Below, one piece after another: positions 1 through 11,947 of a DNA stretch of 64,000 bases (the first letter of the stretch is position 1; each line of letters starts with the position of its first letter). The position numbers and the translations under genes were made by a program. The notes under the pieces were generated by a model. It had not been told where the DNA came from. It was given only the letters and a program-made list of their open reading frames with translations, and did no database searches. Source of the stretch: Spirogloea muscicola (taxonomy: Eukaryota); contig WELB01000010.1 in assembly GCA_009602725.1 (NCBI GenBank), forward strand, positions 1,073,494-1,137,493, read 5' to 3'.

Positions 1-389
1 GCTTTGACACCCTGCAGGCTTCTCATTCTTTTGGTTGAACATGTGTAGCTGGCTACAACAAGCTCTTGCATGTCCTTCAATCTGGCTGAGCTCCCTGAGC
101 CCTAATTCTGCTGAGTCATCCACACTCTACTGTGTCTGCTCGGTGGTACCAGCGCACGTGGGAGTAATGACACCCCAAAACGCTATCGTTGGTGATGCAT
201 GCACCTCCTCTTGCCTGCGCTACTGCCCATGCCTCCCTGTTACAAGCTCCAAGCTGCTGACAGTGGCTAAGGTTCGGACTGATCAGTGACAGAGGCCACC
301 AGAAGTGGTGGGCACCAGTTTAAGAATATGGATATGAAGGAACCACCTCATGAGATAGATGCCATGTCACTATCACCAGAAGTCTTACT

Positions 390-479
390 GCGCTTACTGA
401 GAAGTAGAAGTTGCAAATGGACGAGCTTTGCATTGCGCTTACTAAGAAGTAGAAGTTGCAAACGAACGAGCTTGGCAGT
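390..479 (+). repeat. Two imperfect tandem copies of a ~45-bp unit
   Basis: GCGCTTACT(G/A)AGAAGTAGAAGTTGCAAA..ACGAGCTT occurs twice in succession. Confidence 0.75.
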
Positions 480-571
480 ACTGCAACGATGGCAGCCCAG
501 CAAAGCTTGCCGCTTGCTATCAACGTGTGAACGGCGTGTCAGGGTTGACAGTGTGCTGAGCTACTTCTAAG

Positions 572-3500
572 TTAAGCAAATTTGCGTTTCTGCCAGATGC
601 AGAAGTCCTGCCCTGATGCCGCAACCTCCCAATCAGAACCTGCATAGGCTTGCAGAAGATAAGCTGCAGTCTGGATGTATTGAGGGCAGTGCATGTGCAT
701 CTTAGCTTCAAGGACGTAAAGCATGTACTCATATGCTTAGCAGCAGAAAGTCCTCACAGCATGTGCTTTGAGTGGAATAGTATCCTCTACCTGGTTCTGT
801 CCCACGCATATCAAATGAAGGCCCAATCTTCACAATGACACCCTGAAACGTATCCTGCTTGTCGACATTGTCTCCAACTCTAGCAACATAAAGGTCTGGA
901 TGACAGGTCAAAATCTTCACTTCACTTCGTGCATGAAGCTTGTTCCGATGCCTGATCTGAACGAGTGGAACAATCTCGTCCTGCAAGCAAGCAAAAGGTC
1001 TAGGTAAGCAGACAACAGCTGTAATATTGTACAATAAGACAATCATACGAACATTGAATGCCAATAAGCAGCTGCCTGTCAAGTCATGCCATGGTTTGTC
1101 ATATTTTGCCACAAGAGCCAACACTGACCTTCAACTTCCAGTCATACAAGTGATCCCAAAACACACAGGGGGTGCCTGGGTGCGTGAGAATGTATGCATA
1201 CCTGCATGACAGTGGGTTTGAGGTCAGTGAAGCAGCACATGACATCAAGAATGACTTATATCTACAGGCATAATTCATACTGAAGCGCAACGAAATACAA
1301 AACCTGGCACAATCATATGTAAGTCTATTGCACGTGCTAATACAACAGCAGTGCCACATTGGAGAGAGTGATGCTATTGAGTAGAGAATCCTTGACCTTG
1401 TCGTGCGACTCTTACACGAATGACAGCATCAGAGTGTGGGGCACCACATGCTGCTAGTAGTGCGTGCTACAGATTGACCAGACATGCCTCCCACTGACAG
1501 CCGAAGGATAGCTCAAGAACCTCAGCAAATTACCCTCTCATCACGCCCCATGCAGGGAAGGGCCAATGTTGTGGTACTGATCCAGTGGAGTGGTTGTCAA
1601 CAAAGGTCACAGCCTGCAGTGGACCAATGCATAAGTCCCAGCTGAGAGCAGCTGTATTCCAGTCTGGGATCCTGCAGATGTTGAGCTCCTTCGATTCCTG
1701 TCTGGTAGAAGACAGACCTTGCCAGGCCACCATCCTATAACACCGGGAGGTCGTCCTTTGGGGTCAATCAACCTCCAGTACTCGCAGCGTTCCACAGCTT
1801 GCTGCAGTATACCCTGGAGCAATACAGATATCAAACTTACTCATATATTGTTATGTGAGCTCAACACTTTCATAATTTCAGTGAGCCCTCTATAAGGACC
1901 AGCCCTTCCATGCTTATTAGTGCAAGTGCGATCGGACCTTGGTAGTGTAATCAAAAACAGAAGCTGTGCCTCTTGTAGCCTTCACCCAATTGCAAAGTTC
2001 CTGCCTATGTTGATCTGCAGGCCACCATTGCATGTCTCCATCAGTGTCACGTCATGTGGCTGTGGCTGCTTGTGTGAAGCCCTTCATTCTCACTCTCTCT
2101 TCAAAGTCCTCCCACACTTTTGGGTCGGTGTTTTGGACATTGATCAGCTATTACAGTTGCTGTGCTCGAGTTTTGCAGGTGTCAGGTCTGACCTTGGTCA
2201 TACTCTAGTTGGGAACCATTGTACCGCATGTTATTCCACACGTCTCCCAAGGCGTATGCTGGAGAAGTTGCTTGACAATACCTACGAGGTTTGCCACAAT
2301 TTCCAAGAATCACACAATGACATCTCAAGTCTAGAGCCCTGCTTATGAGAAGTATTCACAATGTGCTGTTTAGCTTATGGACATGATTTTGTGTTAGCAC
2401 TGACAGCCACAAAGGAAGCCTGCTAAGATGCTAAAGTTTGAGAAATATAAGAATCCAGCGCAGGCAATGGGCTTGGTCTTAATCGATCTCACAGGTACAC
2501 AGCGATTGGATCAAAGGCCTTGGCCAAATCAAAGCACCATGCCTGCCAGATTGTTGCAGTGAGCTTAATTAGACCAGGTATTAAGCACTCAGACAGAGAC
2601 TCTTGCAGCTTTCATAGTAATAGATGCTGTTGATGTACAAGATCCTGAACGCAGCTACTTTGCCAACAATGAGGTACTGCTTTCAAACCCTCACATCAAA
2701 ACCCACAGTCTTCCTCAGCCAAGCCAGCCAGCCGCTAGCATCACTGTGAACGATGGGATCAGAATGATCTATCACTGTGTGCATCCCAAAGGCCTCTCCT
2801 TGCTTGTCCTCCAAGGTCTCAGGCAGCTTGCCACTACCTTGTAAGCAGGATTCCCAGTCGAAGTTCTGACCAGGCAAAATCAATGGAAAGCCTCATAAGG
2901 CAGGTCAGTATGATTGCACCTTGCAAAGTCCAATGAGAAGAGGACCCTAAACTGATAGTGTATGTTGGGCTGGTTAAGCTTGGCTTACCTCGTTCCATGT
3001 GTGCGCAGCTTGTTTCCAAATCAGGTGGTCATCTGGCAGTTGGGTGTCATGTCTGTTTATGACAAGTTCTACACATGCTCGGACCCGTTGTTTGTGTAAC
3101 TTGGAAAGGAGGGACCTCAGGTGCTCTTCTGATCCATAAGCAGTGTTGAGATCATAAAACTTGGTTGGTGCAAAACCTGCACATTGCGGTCCTCTGAGAA
3201 TGGCACGAAGTCATGTAATGCATTTCTCAAAAGCAGTAGGGAAAGAATGTAAATTAGAGGCAAACAAGCAAGACGAGGACCCACCCTGAGTATCCGAGGA
3301 GACACAGCATGGGGGAAGGATGAAGTCAGTGAAGCCACAAGCAGCAAGATCGTCCACTGCATCCTCCAGAACCTGAGGACGAGGCGGGCAGACCACATCA
3401 CGTCACATCACCTGCTTTGAGCAGGTGCAAGTCAAGGTGTAAGGCAGCATGGTCAAGAGAGCAATCCTGGCACTCACAGCGTAGAAGCTCTTCCCGTGAT

Positions 3501-3861
3501 GGTTGTTTCTGCTGGAAGTCCAAGAGAAAGCTTGCAGCAGGCAGACTGTCTCGATGATCGTCTCGTCGTCTTCCGCCAGATGTGGCTCGGTTGTCCTATC
3601 CTCCGCAGCCTGGGCAGAGTCTATCGCAGTGCAGCAGCACATCGAGGACTTCTGCAGCAGCCTTCCAAGCATTACAGCTTTAGAAACTGTGGTGATGGTA
3701 CTTGTAAAGGTGAATCTCGCAGTGCGGTAGCTCTTACATGACCTCACTGAACACTGGAGCCCGCTTTGGAGGGGCTGAGGCCATGATGCCAGCTGTGTTA
3801 GGGAGCTCTGCACTTGACGAGCGCCAGCTGCGGCTGGTGCCATTGGATTGATCGCAGACAT
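572..3861 (-). CDS. Plant-type alpha-amylase homologue (GH13, AMY2/AMY3-like), probable plastid transit peptide, catalytic motifs altered
   Basis: GT-AG exons splice in frame: LLQAFSW..FYA / [21 protein letters not shown] / [32 protein letters not shown] / [18 protein letters not shown] / [10 protein letters not shown] / [17 protein letters not shown] / [17 protein letters not shown] / [24 protein letters not shown] / [17 protein letters not shown] / [18 protein letters not shown] / [17 protein letters not shown] / [18 protein letters not shown] (TAA 572-574). Start at 3861 (MSAINP..) is tentative. Confidence 0.9.
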
Positions 3862-4071
3862 GCTCGTCGCTGCCGATCGTCGCTCATGGCCCGAGCAGGC
3901 GAGGCCTTGTCCAGCACAAGGCCGACGCCGGTCGGCGGCGGCAGCGCTGCGGCGGGAGGGCGGGCGCGACCGTGCAGGGATCACCGCTTCGACCAGTGGG
4001 GAGGCCCCGTCGGACTGTGTCCAGTTCTTGTCACTGGGCTGGCCGATCACAGCCATCGCCCGCTAGTGGAA

Positions 4072-4400
4072 GAGAGAGAAGGCGCGCGGTGCGCATGAAA
4101 TTGAAAGGGAGGCAAATTCTAGCCTTACAATTGTCCTGTTAACTGGGTAATGAGCTGGCTAAGGAGGACACTAAATATCCCGAGTGGGCACATGCATATC
4201 TGACAAGCTACACTGAGGCGCCCAACCACCACCACGGAAGCCATTAGCCTGGGCTAATGCACGACCAGCACTCTGGTGTATCGCGAGTGCCTGGGAGCGC
4301 TGTAGACTCAATGATAGCCGCATTCTATAGCATGCAATGATGGCTTGCGGGACGCTAGAATGCCCTAAGCTACCCGCCCGACTACGTCGGCGGGCATCGA
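4072..4400 (-). mobile_element. 3' fragment of an RLE-type non-LTR retroelement (subfamily E)
   Basis: ORF end YRMRLSLSLQRSQALAIHQSAGRALA..CSLSDMHVPTRDI*; closely matching copy at ~28505-28735. Confidence 0.7.
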
Positions 4401-4552
4401 CATGCAGTGCCAGGCGATGGAGGAGGGAAGACCACTTCGTTCCGTAGCCGCCGTATATGTTCATGGCGCATGGGATGGTCGCCCAGGGGGTGGTCATTGC
4501 AGTGCCTCTCCTTCCTCTCCAAGAGTCCATCTTCCCCCCCGCTGGCTCTCGG

Positions 4553-4995
4553 AAGAAGTGGCTCTCCCAATGGGGGCAAGGGCTGTGAGAAGCCAGCCCG
4601 AAAAGAATTGACAAGGTTCGAAGGGGCAAACCTACGAGCTAAGCAGCGACTGCGGGGCCTGAAGAAGAAGTGGCTCTCCCAATGGGGGCAAGGGCTGTGA
4701 GAAGCCAGCCCGAAAAGAATTGACAAGGTTCGAAGGGGCCAAACTACGAGCTAAGCAGCGACTGCGGGGCCTGAAGAGGCTATGGCAGAACGGGGGAGGA
4801 TGGACCACTTAGTAGTTACGAGTGAGGAGCCTCACATCCTACAGACTAGCTGCCGGTAAACTATCCCCCTGACGAAAGCCGAGGAGCCGTTCCTCTCTCG
4901 GAGGAGAGAGGAACGGGAAGAAGTGGCTCTCCCAAAGTGGGCAAGGGCTGTGTGTGGCCAGCCCGAAAAGACTTGACAAGGTCCAACGGGGCCAA
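4553..4995 (-). mobile_element. Head-to-tail 3' ends of RLE retroelement subfamily A, with a tandem ~110-bp duplication
   Basis: Unit AAGAAGTGGCTCTCCCAATGGGGGCAAGGGCTGTGAGAAGCCAGCCCGAAAAG.. occurs twice, plus a variant at ~4917. ORF end SLSDVRLLTRNY*. Matches 18704-18856 and 23426-23720. Confidence 0.8.
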
Positions 4996-4999
4996 TAAA

Positions 5000-5800
5000 G
5001 GCGACCGCTCACACCCAGCCCAAGGTGCCATCAAGGCAGGGTATGCGGTCACCTGCGCCGCTCGAGCTAAGGAGCTCAAATATGCTGATCATCTGCGGGA
5101 AGACGATTTCTTCCCGCTGGCTATCGACACGCATGGGGCGTTGGGCGCTCGGTGGCTCGAGCTGCTCAACCAGCTCGCCACGCCATCGTCCGCCGCTTCC
5201 ATGGGCAGCCAGTGGACTTTCCTGCAGCCGGGTCGCTAGCGCTGGTGTACTGGATGCGCTTGGCCGTCTCGCTGCAGAGGTCTATGGCCCGCGCGCTGCA
5301 CCTGCGTGCCGGCAGAGCCCTCGCTGCTGCCTCTGGCTCTGGCCAGGGGACCCACTTCCAGGAGCCTAGCTTCTCCGACCTGAGGCTTAGCAGGGGTTAC
5401 TGAGTAATACGTAGTTGCTTGTTTCTTGGCGCTTCCCCTGGCCCCCTTCTCTCTCTCTCTTCTCGTACTTAGTTCCGTCTCTTTTTTGGGCTGGCTTTTC
5501 CAGCCCCTATCCTCAATGGGCGAGCCCTTTCTTTTTTGTCCATTCTTTTTTGGGCTGGCTTTGCCGGCCCCTCTTCTCTATGGGCGCGCACTTCCTTTCT
5601 TTAAGAACAAAAGCGCCGGAAAGCAGTGGAGGTTACGGGTGCGAGAGCGAAAGAAAGCGAACCTGGGACACCGTCGCCACGAGAAAGCTAGCTACCGTCT
5701 AGCTGTGTGGTTTTGGCGCCTCTCGGCCCACTGGACCTTGTTCATTCTCTCTGGGCTGGCTTTTCACAGCCCCCGCCCCTTTGGAAAGTGCTCACTTCGT
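5000..5800 (+). mobile_element. 5'-truncated RLE non-LTR retroelement (subfamily B) followed by two further 3'-end motifs
   Basis: KAGYAVTCAARAKELKYADHLREDDFFPLAIDTHGALG..LAVSLQRSMARALHLRAGRALA..SFSDLRLSRGY* matches the K..KY / F.P.a.[DE]..G..G / S..LQR pattern of CRE/R2-type RLE C-termini. The copy is frameshifted. Related copies at 22815-23420 and 45085-45610. Confidence 0.8.
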
Positions 5801-5925
5801 CTGTCTAGGTGAACTCCCATCGCGATCCTTAGCGGCTGGCTGGACCGACCTCACAGCAGGGGCGGCCGGGCCGCCTGCGCCGGCCGCGGTCTCTCCGCCG
5901 CCGCCGCCGCCGCCACGGCTGCCNG

Positions 5926-8900
5926 ATGGAGTCGCGCGCGGCCTCCGGCGCCGAGGCCGGAGGCTCGCCGCAGGACGAGCTCCAGGATGCCTACCTCTCC
6001 GAGCTCCTCTCCTACAGCCTCGAGCACCTGAGCAAGGTTTGCCTGCTGACATCGACAGGCCCCTGGCTCCTGAAATTGGTCATGCTGCCGGTCCCCGCCT
6101 CCTCTTCTCGTTGGCTCAGCCAGACTTGTCGTCCACGAGAGATGTTTCAATTGAGAGCGCGGTCTATCTGGCCGACTTACCAGCCCCTTGGCCTCATCGC
6201 GGCAACCTCCAAGGAACAAACAATGTAGAGCCTGGGTGTGTGGATCCCGTCTCTTCCAAACACAGGCCGCCTGTTTGGCTTCAACTCAAGCGTTTAACGG
6301 CCTGGACTTCGTCGGATACATATGTAGCGTCCTATGGCAAACCCTTACAAAGCACCAGAGTGATCCAGGCCAAGCTCAGTATTTGCCCTTTGCAGGTGTT
6401 TGGAGGGTGTCTGTACAGCTATGTTGCTTATGAAGATTTATTTCTAGTCCTGGTGGCTTTCCTACTTAGATGACTACTTCTGCATCTCTGAGCTGCAGAG
6501 CCTTTCTTCGTTAGGTTCCTGCCAATTGCAGGATGTTAGAAACGGCTCTGCCAGCAGGGTCCTCGGTGTCGATCAGGACACCTCCATCGTGCATGGTAGC
6601 TACATTGCATTCTCAACCAGCCCCCGCAGCCTTTCACGAATCGCATCAGGTTCCAAGGTTGTGCTTGATACTTTTGATGGCCCCTGAGTAGAGCTTGCTG
6701 TGTTGACCTACTCAGGAACCAGAGCTCCTGAGAACAGAGGCAGAACGGATTCAACGACAGATGCAGGAAGTTGCAATAGGGCATTATCGGGCCTTCATTG
6801 CTGCAGCTGAAGCTGTGCAGTCTATACGAAAAGAGATAGCTAAAGTGGACCTGCACTTGGAGTCGCTGGTGAATACTGGAACTACTTTGGTCAAGGCTGG
6901 CATGTGGCATGCTTTGGCCTGGCTGTGGACCTCTGATTCTGGTTGCCAGACACAGACGCAGCATTCCTGAAGTGCATTGTTGATGGAGTCTGTCACAAGC
7001 CAGTTCAATGGTGGTGCTTGTAGAGCCGTGACCTTACGGGCATTGTTCCTCGAGGTTCCAGTGGAGCTGCTGTTTCTCTGTCCTTATGATTTATACGATG
7101 CTAACAGGAATGTCTACTTTCGCAGATTCAGGAGGTGCCAAAGCTGACAAATGGTTGCAATCAATTTATGGAGGACGCTCAGATCACAGTAGAGAAACGG
7201 AGGCTCAACAGGACAATGCTGGCAACACAGCCAACCTTGTTGGACCTTTTGGAAATACCACAGTTGATGGACACGTGAGCTTATACTGTCCAGCTTAGTA
7301 CTGGACATACCTATCCCATTCTCTCAGTGCACTTTGCTAACTCTCAGTGCACTTTGCTAATCTGGATAAGCGTCATGGCACTCAGGCCTCTTCTTTGTGT
7401 GGCTGTGAAGTACTTGATAGGCTGCACTCTGGTATACAGCATGCAGCAGTAGCTTGATCACCCGCAAATCGCATATGAGGTATATGGCTCAGTTGTCTTG
7501 ATGGGCGGAAACGTACGTTTGCTGACAGGTGTGTCCGAAATGGAAACTATGATGAGGCTCTTGATTTGGAGGCATTCGTCTCGAAGCTGGCCACGATGCA
7601 CGCAAAGTACGTACACCCTCTTTCGACCCCCCCATCCTGCATGATGAGATAAGACCGCAGATGAATATTGCCTCTGACGAGTCACATAGCGATTGTCTTT
7701 GACCTCCCCAGGCTACCCGTTATCCAAGCTTTGGCAGAAGACGTTCGACAGATCACGCAATCAATGTTGTCACAATTACTACAAAGATTGAGATCAAGCA
7801 TCCAGGTAGCTTAATGTCCTTCAAAATGTAGGACTGCTACATCGCATGTGGCACAATCTGCGGCACTTGCTAGTCGTGCTTGCTTGGACAGATGAATGTA
7901 GAAAGTTGCTGACATTTTAGAGAGCGGAGCCCGTACATATGATGTCAATTGGTTTGGCTGCCAGCTTGTCATGGAGGCTGCATGCCGGACCTTTAGCTCA
8001 CACACTGTCGTACTTGTGCAGCTTCCAGAATGTCTTCGAGTTATTGGCTATTTGAGAAGACTTGCTGTATTCACAGAGCATGAGATGAGATTGCAGGTAT
8101 TTTGCATGTCAGCTGATGAATAGGAGAGTAGTTTCTGTATGATACGCAGGGATATTGCAGTGCAACGTGCTTCTCACATGACAGGCTTTGTTCTTATCCT
8201 AAATTCTAGCCTACTTTTCTTTTACTAGAGTGCTCCCCATGTGCCAGAATGATGACTCGAATCAATCTGCCGTGCTGTGCAGCGCATGCTGACCCGCATA
8301 TGTCTTCTTGTTGTGCACAGTTCTTGAGGTGTCGAGAGGCTTGGTTGACAGACATTGTTGAGGAGCTTGACAAAAGCAGTCCATATGACTACTTGAAGAG
8401 GATGACAGATTGCCACAGAGTCCACCTATTTGATGTGGTGATGCAGTACCGAGCTATCTTCTCAGATGACACCTCTGGGCTAGAAGAACGGGGCGATGGT
8501 GGCCTCATATATAGTTGGGCCATGCATAGAATCACTTCCTATCTCTCCGTTTTGAAAGCTGTCCTCCCGAAGATCACGGACGGGGGATCTTTGGCCAGCG
8601 TCTTGGAGCATTGCATGGTGAGGACATGACACGTTTGCCAAAACAACGTGACCATCTGAAGCAACTCTGAACATTGTAGTTGACGACTTGACATGTTGAT
8701 AGTTGGCTTCTGACATGATGAGCCTCCAGTACGCCTTCCAGGCACAACTAGCACCAGTGTTCGTCCACCTTTGACATGTTGCTCACACAATGGGCTCATT
8801 GTGAGGGGTCTTGCATTTTGCAGTATTGTGGAATGAGCCTTGGAAGAGTCGGCCTTGACTTCCGGGGCTTGCTTCCCCCACTCTTCGAAGCGTAAGTTGC

Positions 8901-10552
8901 CAGCCTGCGACTTGGTACCTGGCGTTGTGGTACCTGGCGTTGGCTGTCATTTGAGTTCATGCTCACAATGAATGCTCTCAGCACAGGAGCTTTTTATTCC
9001 TCTGACATGCATGACTTGTGCCCAGGTGTATGCGGGACTTGTTCGTGCGATGCCTTGGTGCTGCTTTGGAAAGTTCTCAGGTGTGTGCTTGCTGTGCAAC
9101 AGACTCAACTGCAGGCACTGGTTGCCCAATGCCTGACTGAATAACAATGTTGCAAGCCTCAACCTTCAAGCTGCTGTCATCAGCCCTGTAATACGAGTGA
9201 AGTGCATGTACTAGAACAATGTGGTGAAGCATTGTGGGATGTGTATAATGCAGCAAGTTCTAGACTTACATCGCTGGGTACCCTTGCCAGCCATGGGGTC
9301 TGGGCTGCGCTCCTCTGCTGGCAATGACTCTTCTGACGACGTTGCACCACCCTACTCTTTGATGGAGCACCCTCCCTTAGCCGTCTTTGTCAATGGTGAA
9401 TCAATAGCCCCTACTCTCCATATGACTATGCCTGCTTGGTATCGTCAACCATGCCTGCTTGTCTGCTTAGCTCCTACACGTATGTTCAGAGCCACAGCGC
9501 CCTTGCAAGACCTGCACAATGACTCTACATCCCTACACCACCAAGCCTCGAACTGATATTGGGTAAGCATCTGCACGTTTCAATATATTCGACACGTTGA
9601 AGTTGCTTGTCAGCCTTGTCTTGATCGTCTGCAGGTGTGCTTGCTGCATTAAATGAGCTGAGGCATTGTGCCCCCATTGCATTGAGAGGCCAGTTAGCAA
9701 AGGAGTTGCAGAAGACCCTGGAGAATGTGTCCTTCTCCCTTGTGCGATACCATCAAACTCAGATCCTCCGAGATCCTGAGCAGCAGCTCTTCTCATCCAC
9801 TTGCCGGGCTTTTGTGGAGGTTCTTGCCAGAACACCTCTTTTGGCCAGTCTCACATCTGTGTGTGCTTGGATCTCAATCATGGAAACATGTATGTGCACT
9901 TGGAGATCAGTCTATTGAATATGTGAGTCATGGACAAGATTTGCAGCCTACAGTTGCAGATCCTGCGGAGGCGGCAGCTGTACTTGTCTCTTCACTGACT
10001 TCGGATTTTCCTCGGTGCGTGGCAACTACGCACTGCTTCCAGGTAGCTTGTCCATATGTAATTCTGTGCTTCTCAAGGTGCTACCCTTGTGCACAGACGC
10101 TGGTGGACACAGGCGCCATCTCCCAGCCCGTGCAGAAGTTGATCCAGGCCAGTCTTCCACCCCAAGCTGCTGACAAGGACAGGCAGCATAGGCAGGAGGC
10201 TGCGCATCAGAGTGCGGCAACGAGCAGCAGCAGCCTTGGCAGTGGCCAGAATGGGAGCGAAGCCCAGGAGGCAGATGGCACCGGCCACGACAGGAGAGAT
10301 GCCGACAGAGGATCAGCTGAAAATGGGCACAGAGGGCAGGACGGTAGCAGGGACGCAGTCGCTGCGAGTTTGCCCACAGAGTTACAAGAAACGGCCGTGG
10401 CAACAAGGGCTGATTTGGGCGGCAGTGCCAATCACCTCACATCAGGCAAGCTGCCTGTAAAGCTGGGTGGAACTTTGCCAGCCATGCCGGCCGCAAAGCC
10501 CCCACCTGCTGCCCCCCGGCCGAGGTCTGCTCAGGTGGTCACAAGGAGCTAG
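5926..10552 (+). CDS. COG8: Conserved oligomeric Golgi complex subunit 8 (Dor1 family)
   Basis: Exons [15 protein letters not shown] / [28 protein letters not shown] / [13 protein letters not shown] / [13 protein letters not shown] / [10 protein letters not shown] / [13 protein letters not shown] / [19 protein letters not shown] / [21 protein letters not shown] / [17 protein letters not shown] / [13 protein letters not shown] / VACPY.., with GT-AG junctions. Confidence 0.95.
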
Positions 10553-11947
10553 CAGTGGGCCACCCAGCTGAGGTGACCTCTCCGCAGCTTCTAACCCCAG
10601 CGATGTGTGAGGTCCTCCCAAGTCTTTGGGAGAGCCCATGACAGTCGGACAGCAGGTTCAGCCGGTGTGTGTACCTCTGCCAAAAAGCAGAAGACTATAG
10701 TTCGTATCCCTATTCTTTCTCTCCACCCTCCGATATTGTTGAGAGCTCCTTCGCGTTCTTTTTGGCTTCAACAACATTACAACCCAAACGCCAGGTCGAT
10801 CATGCAGCCTCACAGAGACTGAGGAAGCACAATTGGTATGTGGTTGAGGATGTCTTTTACGCCTGGACGCTTGGGTGGGGGAGTAAATCAGTTCTCAGTG
10901 ATGCGGCTCTGAGACCATTCGTCATGCAAAAAGCATAAATGTGAAACTCTACATGGTTGACAATTGCTTAGTGACAGGGACAGATTTTGGAGGTCGTCAC
11001 TTGAGATCCTGATGCCTTAATTTAAATAAGCACGCGTATGTGCTCCTGCGCTGCTTACATGCCCTTGATTGATGGCGATGTCAGCACCACCATTGACAGC
11101 CATGTACTCGTCCGTGGGATGCTGGCCTGGCCTGTCAGTTCTTCCGGTATCTTGGCAAACCTGCTGTCTTATTGCTGAAGCATTACCAATTCGGTACTTG
11201 AATCTGGGCCTACAACATGGGGCTAACCTCAGATCCTGAAGGCAGGCCCCAGATGTTGAAGCATGCTCTGACTATCAGTGATGACCATTATCAGGTACTC
11301 GTGTGGGCAACGATCATAGATACAGGGAGACCCGGCCCAAGAGGAGCTCTGTACCTAACGTGTCTCAGCCTGGACCTCGTGCTTACTGTAAATGCGATAG
11401 CCTTTCCATTCTGACTCGATACTGAGGACCCACGCCACTCCACAGTCTCTAACATAGCATGCTTCTGGCTGGTCCGGCAAGAGCACGAAGTTGCCACAAG
11501 GGCTGCACCTCTCTGCGGACCCCCAGTGTCTTGACAGGACAGAGCTGCCCAGCACCAGCTGCACCAGATACCGCTGCCGGTGCAGGATCGTCCTGGAGTT
11601 GGTCAGTCCGGGCCGTCTCTGCTACCACATCATCAAGGAGCCACACCGCAATCCTGCACTGCCTTTCACTTGGCACACTGGGGATGAGACTCTGCGCAGT
11701 ATCTGGTGCTAGTTTCCAGGCCGGCGTGCGCCACAGGGATTGCCATCGCTGCGTGGCACCTGGGCAGGTCCTCCCTCGAGGAACAGCGCGACGCAGGACG
11801 TGGGTTGGCAGGCTTGCACTTCCAGCCTACGTATGTGGACGTTAGCGTTTCCGCATAGTTGAGGTCCAGCTTGACGCTGGCTCTCGGCATGGCTGACCTG
11901 GTGAGAGGGAGACGCTGACCTTGGCGGGCCAGATCGGAGGGCCCAGC

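Noticed and set aside
2485..2545. In-frame TGA after [17 protein letters not shown], suggesting the amylase is a pseudogene
   Set aside because: The TGA lies within a GTGAGA donor; splicing there joins the next exon ([15 protein letters not shown]) in frame.
4866..4920. Hammerhead core CTGACGA next to a hairpin
   Set aside because: No matching GAAA or stems II/III; the motif is antisense of coding sequence (RLSSGD) and lacks the hairpin in the copy at ~23628.
4553..4995. CRISPR-like array of direct repeats
   Set aside because: Units are ~110 bp with no unique spacers, no cas genes are present, and they are retroelement 3' UTRs in a eukaryotic genome.
7321..7360. 20-bp tandem duplicate in a COG8 intron (also a 15-bp one near 8913)
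   Set aside because: Ordinary slippage duplications with no further structure.
11040..11890. Possible minus-strand gene; LPDQPEACYVRDCG is faintly amidinotransferase-like
   Set aside because: No consistent exon chain or further motifs could be built.
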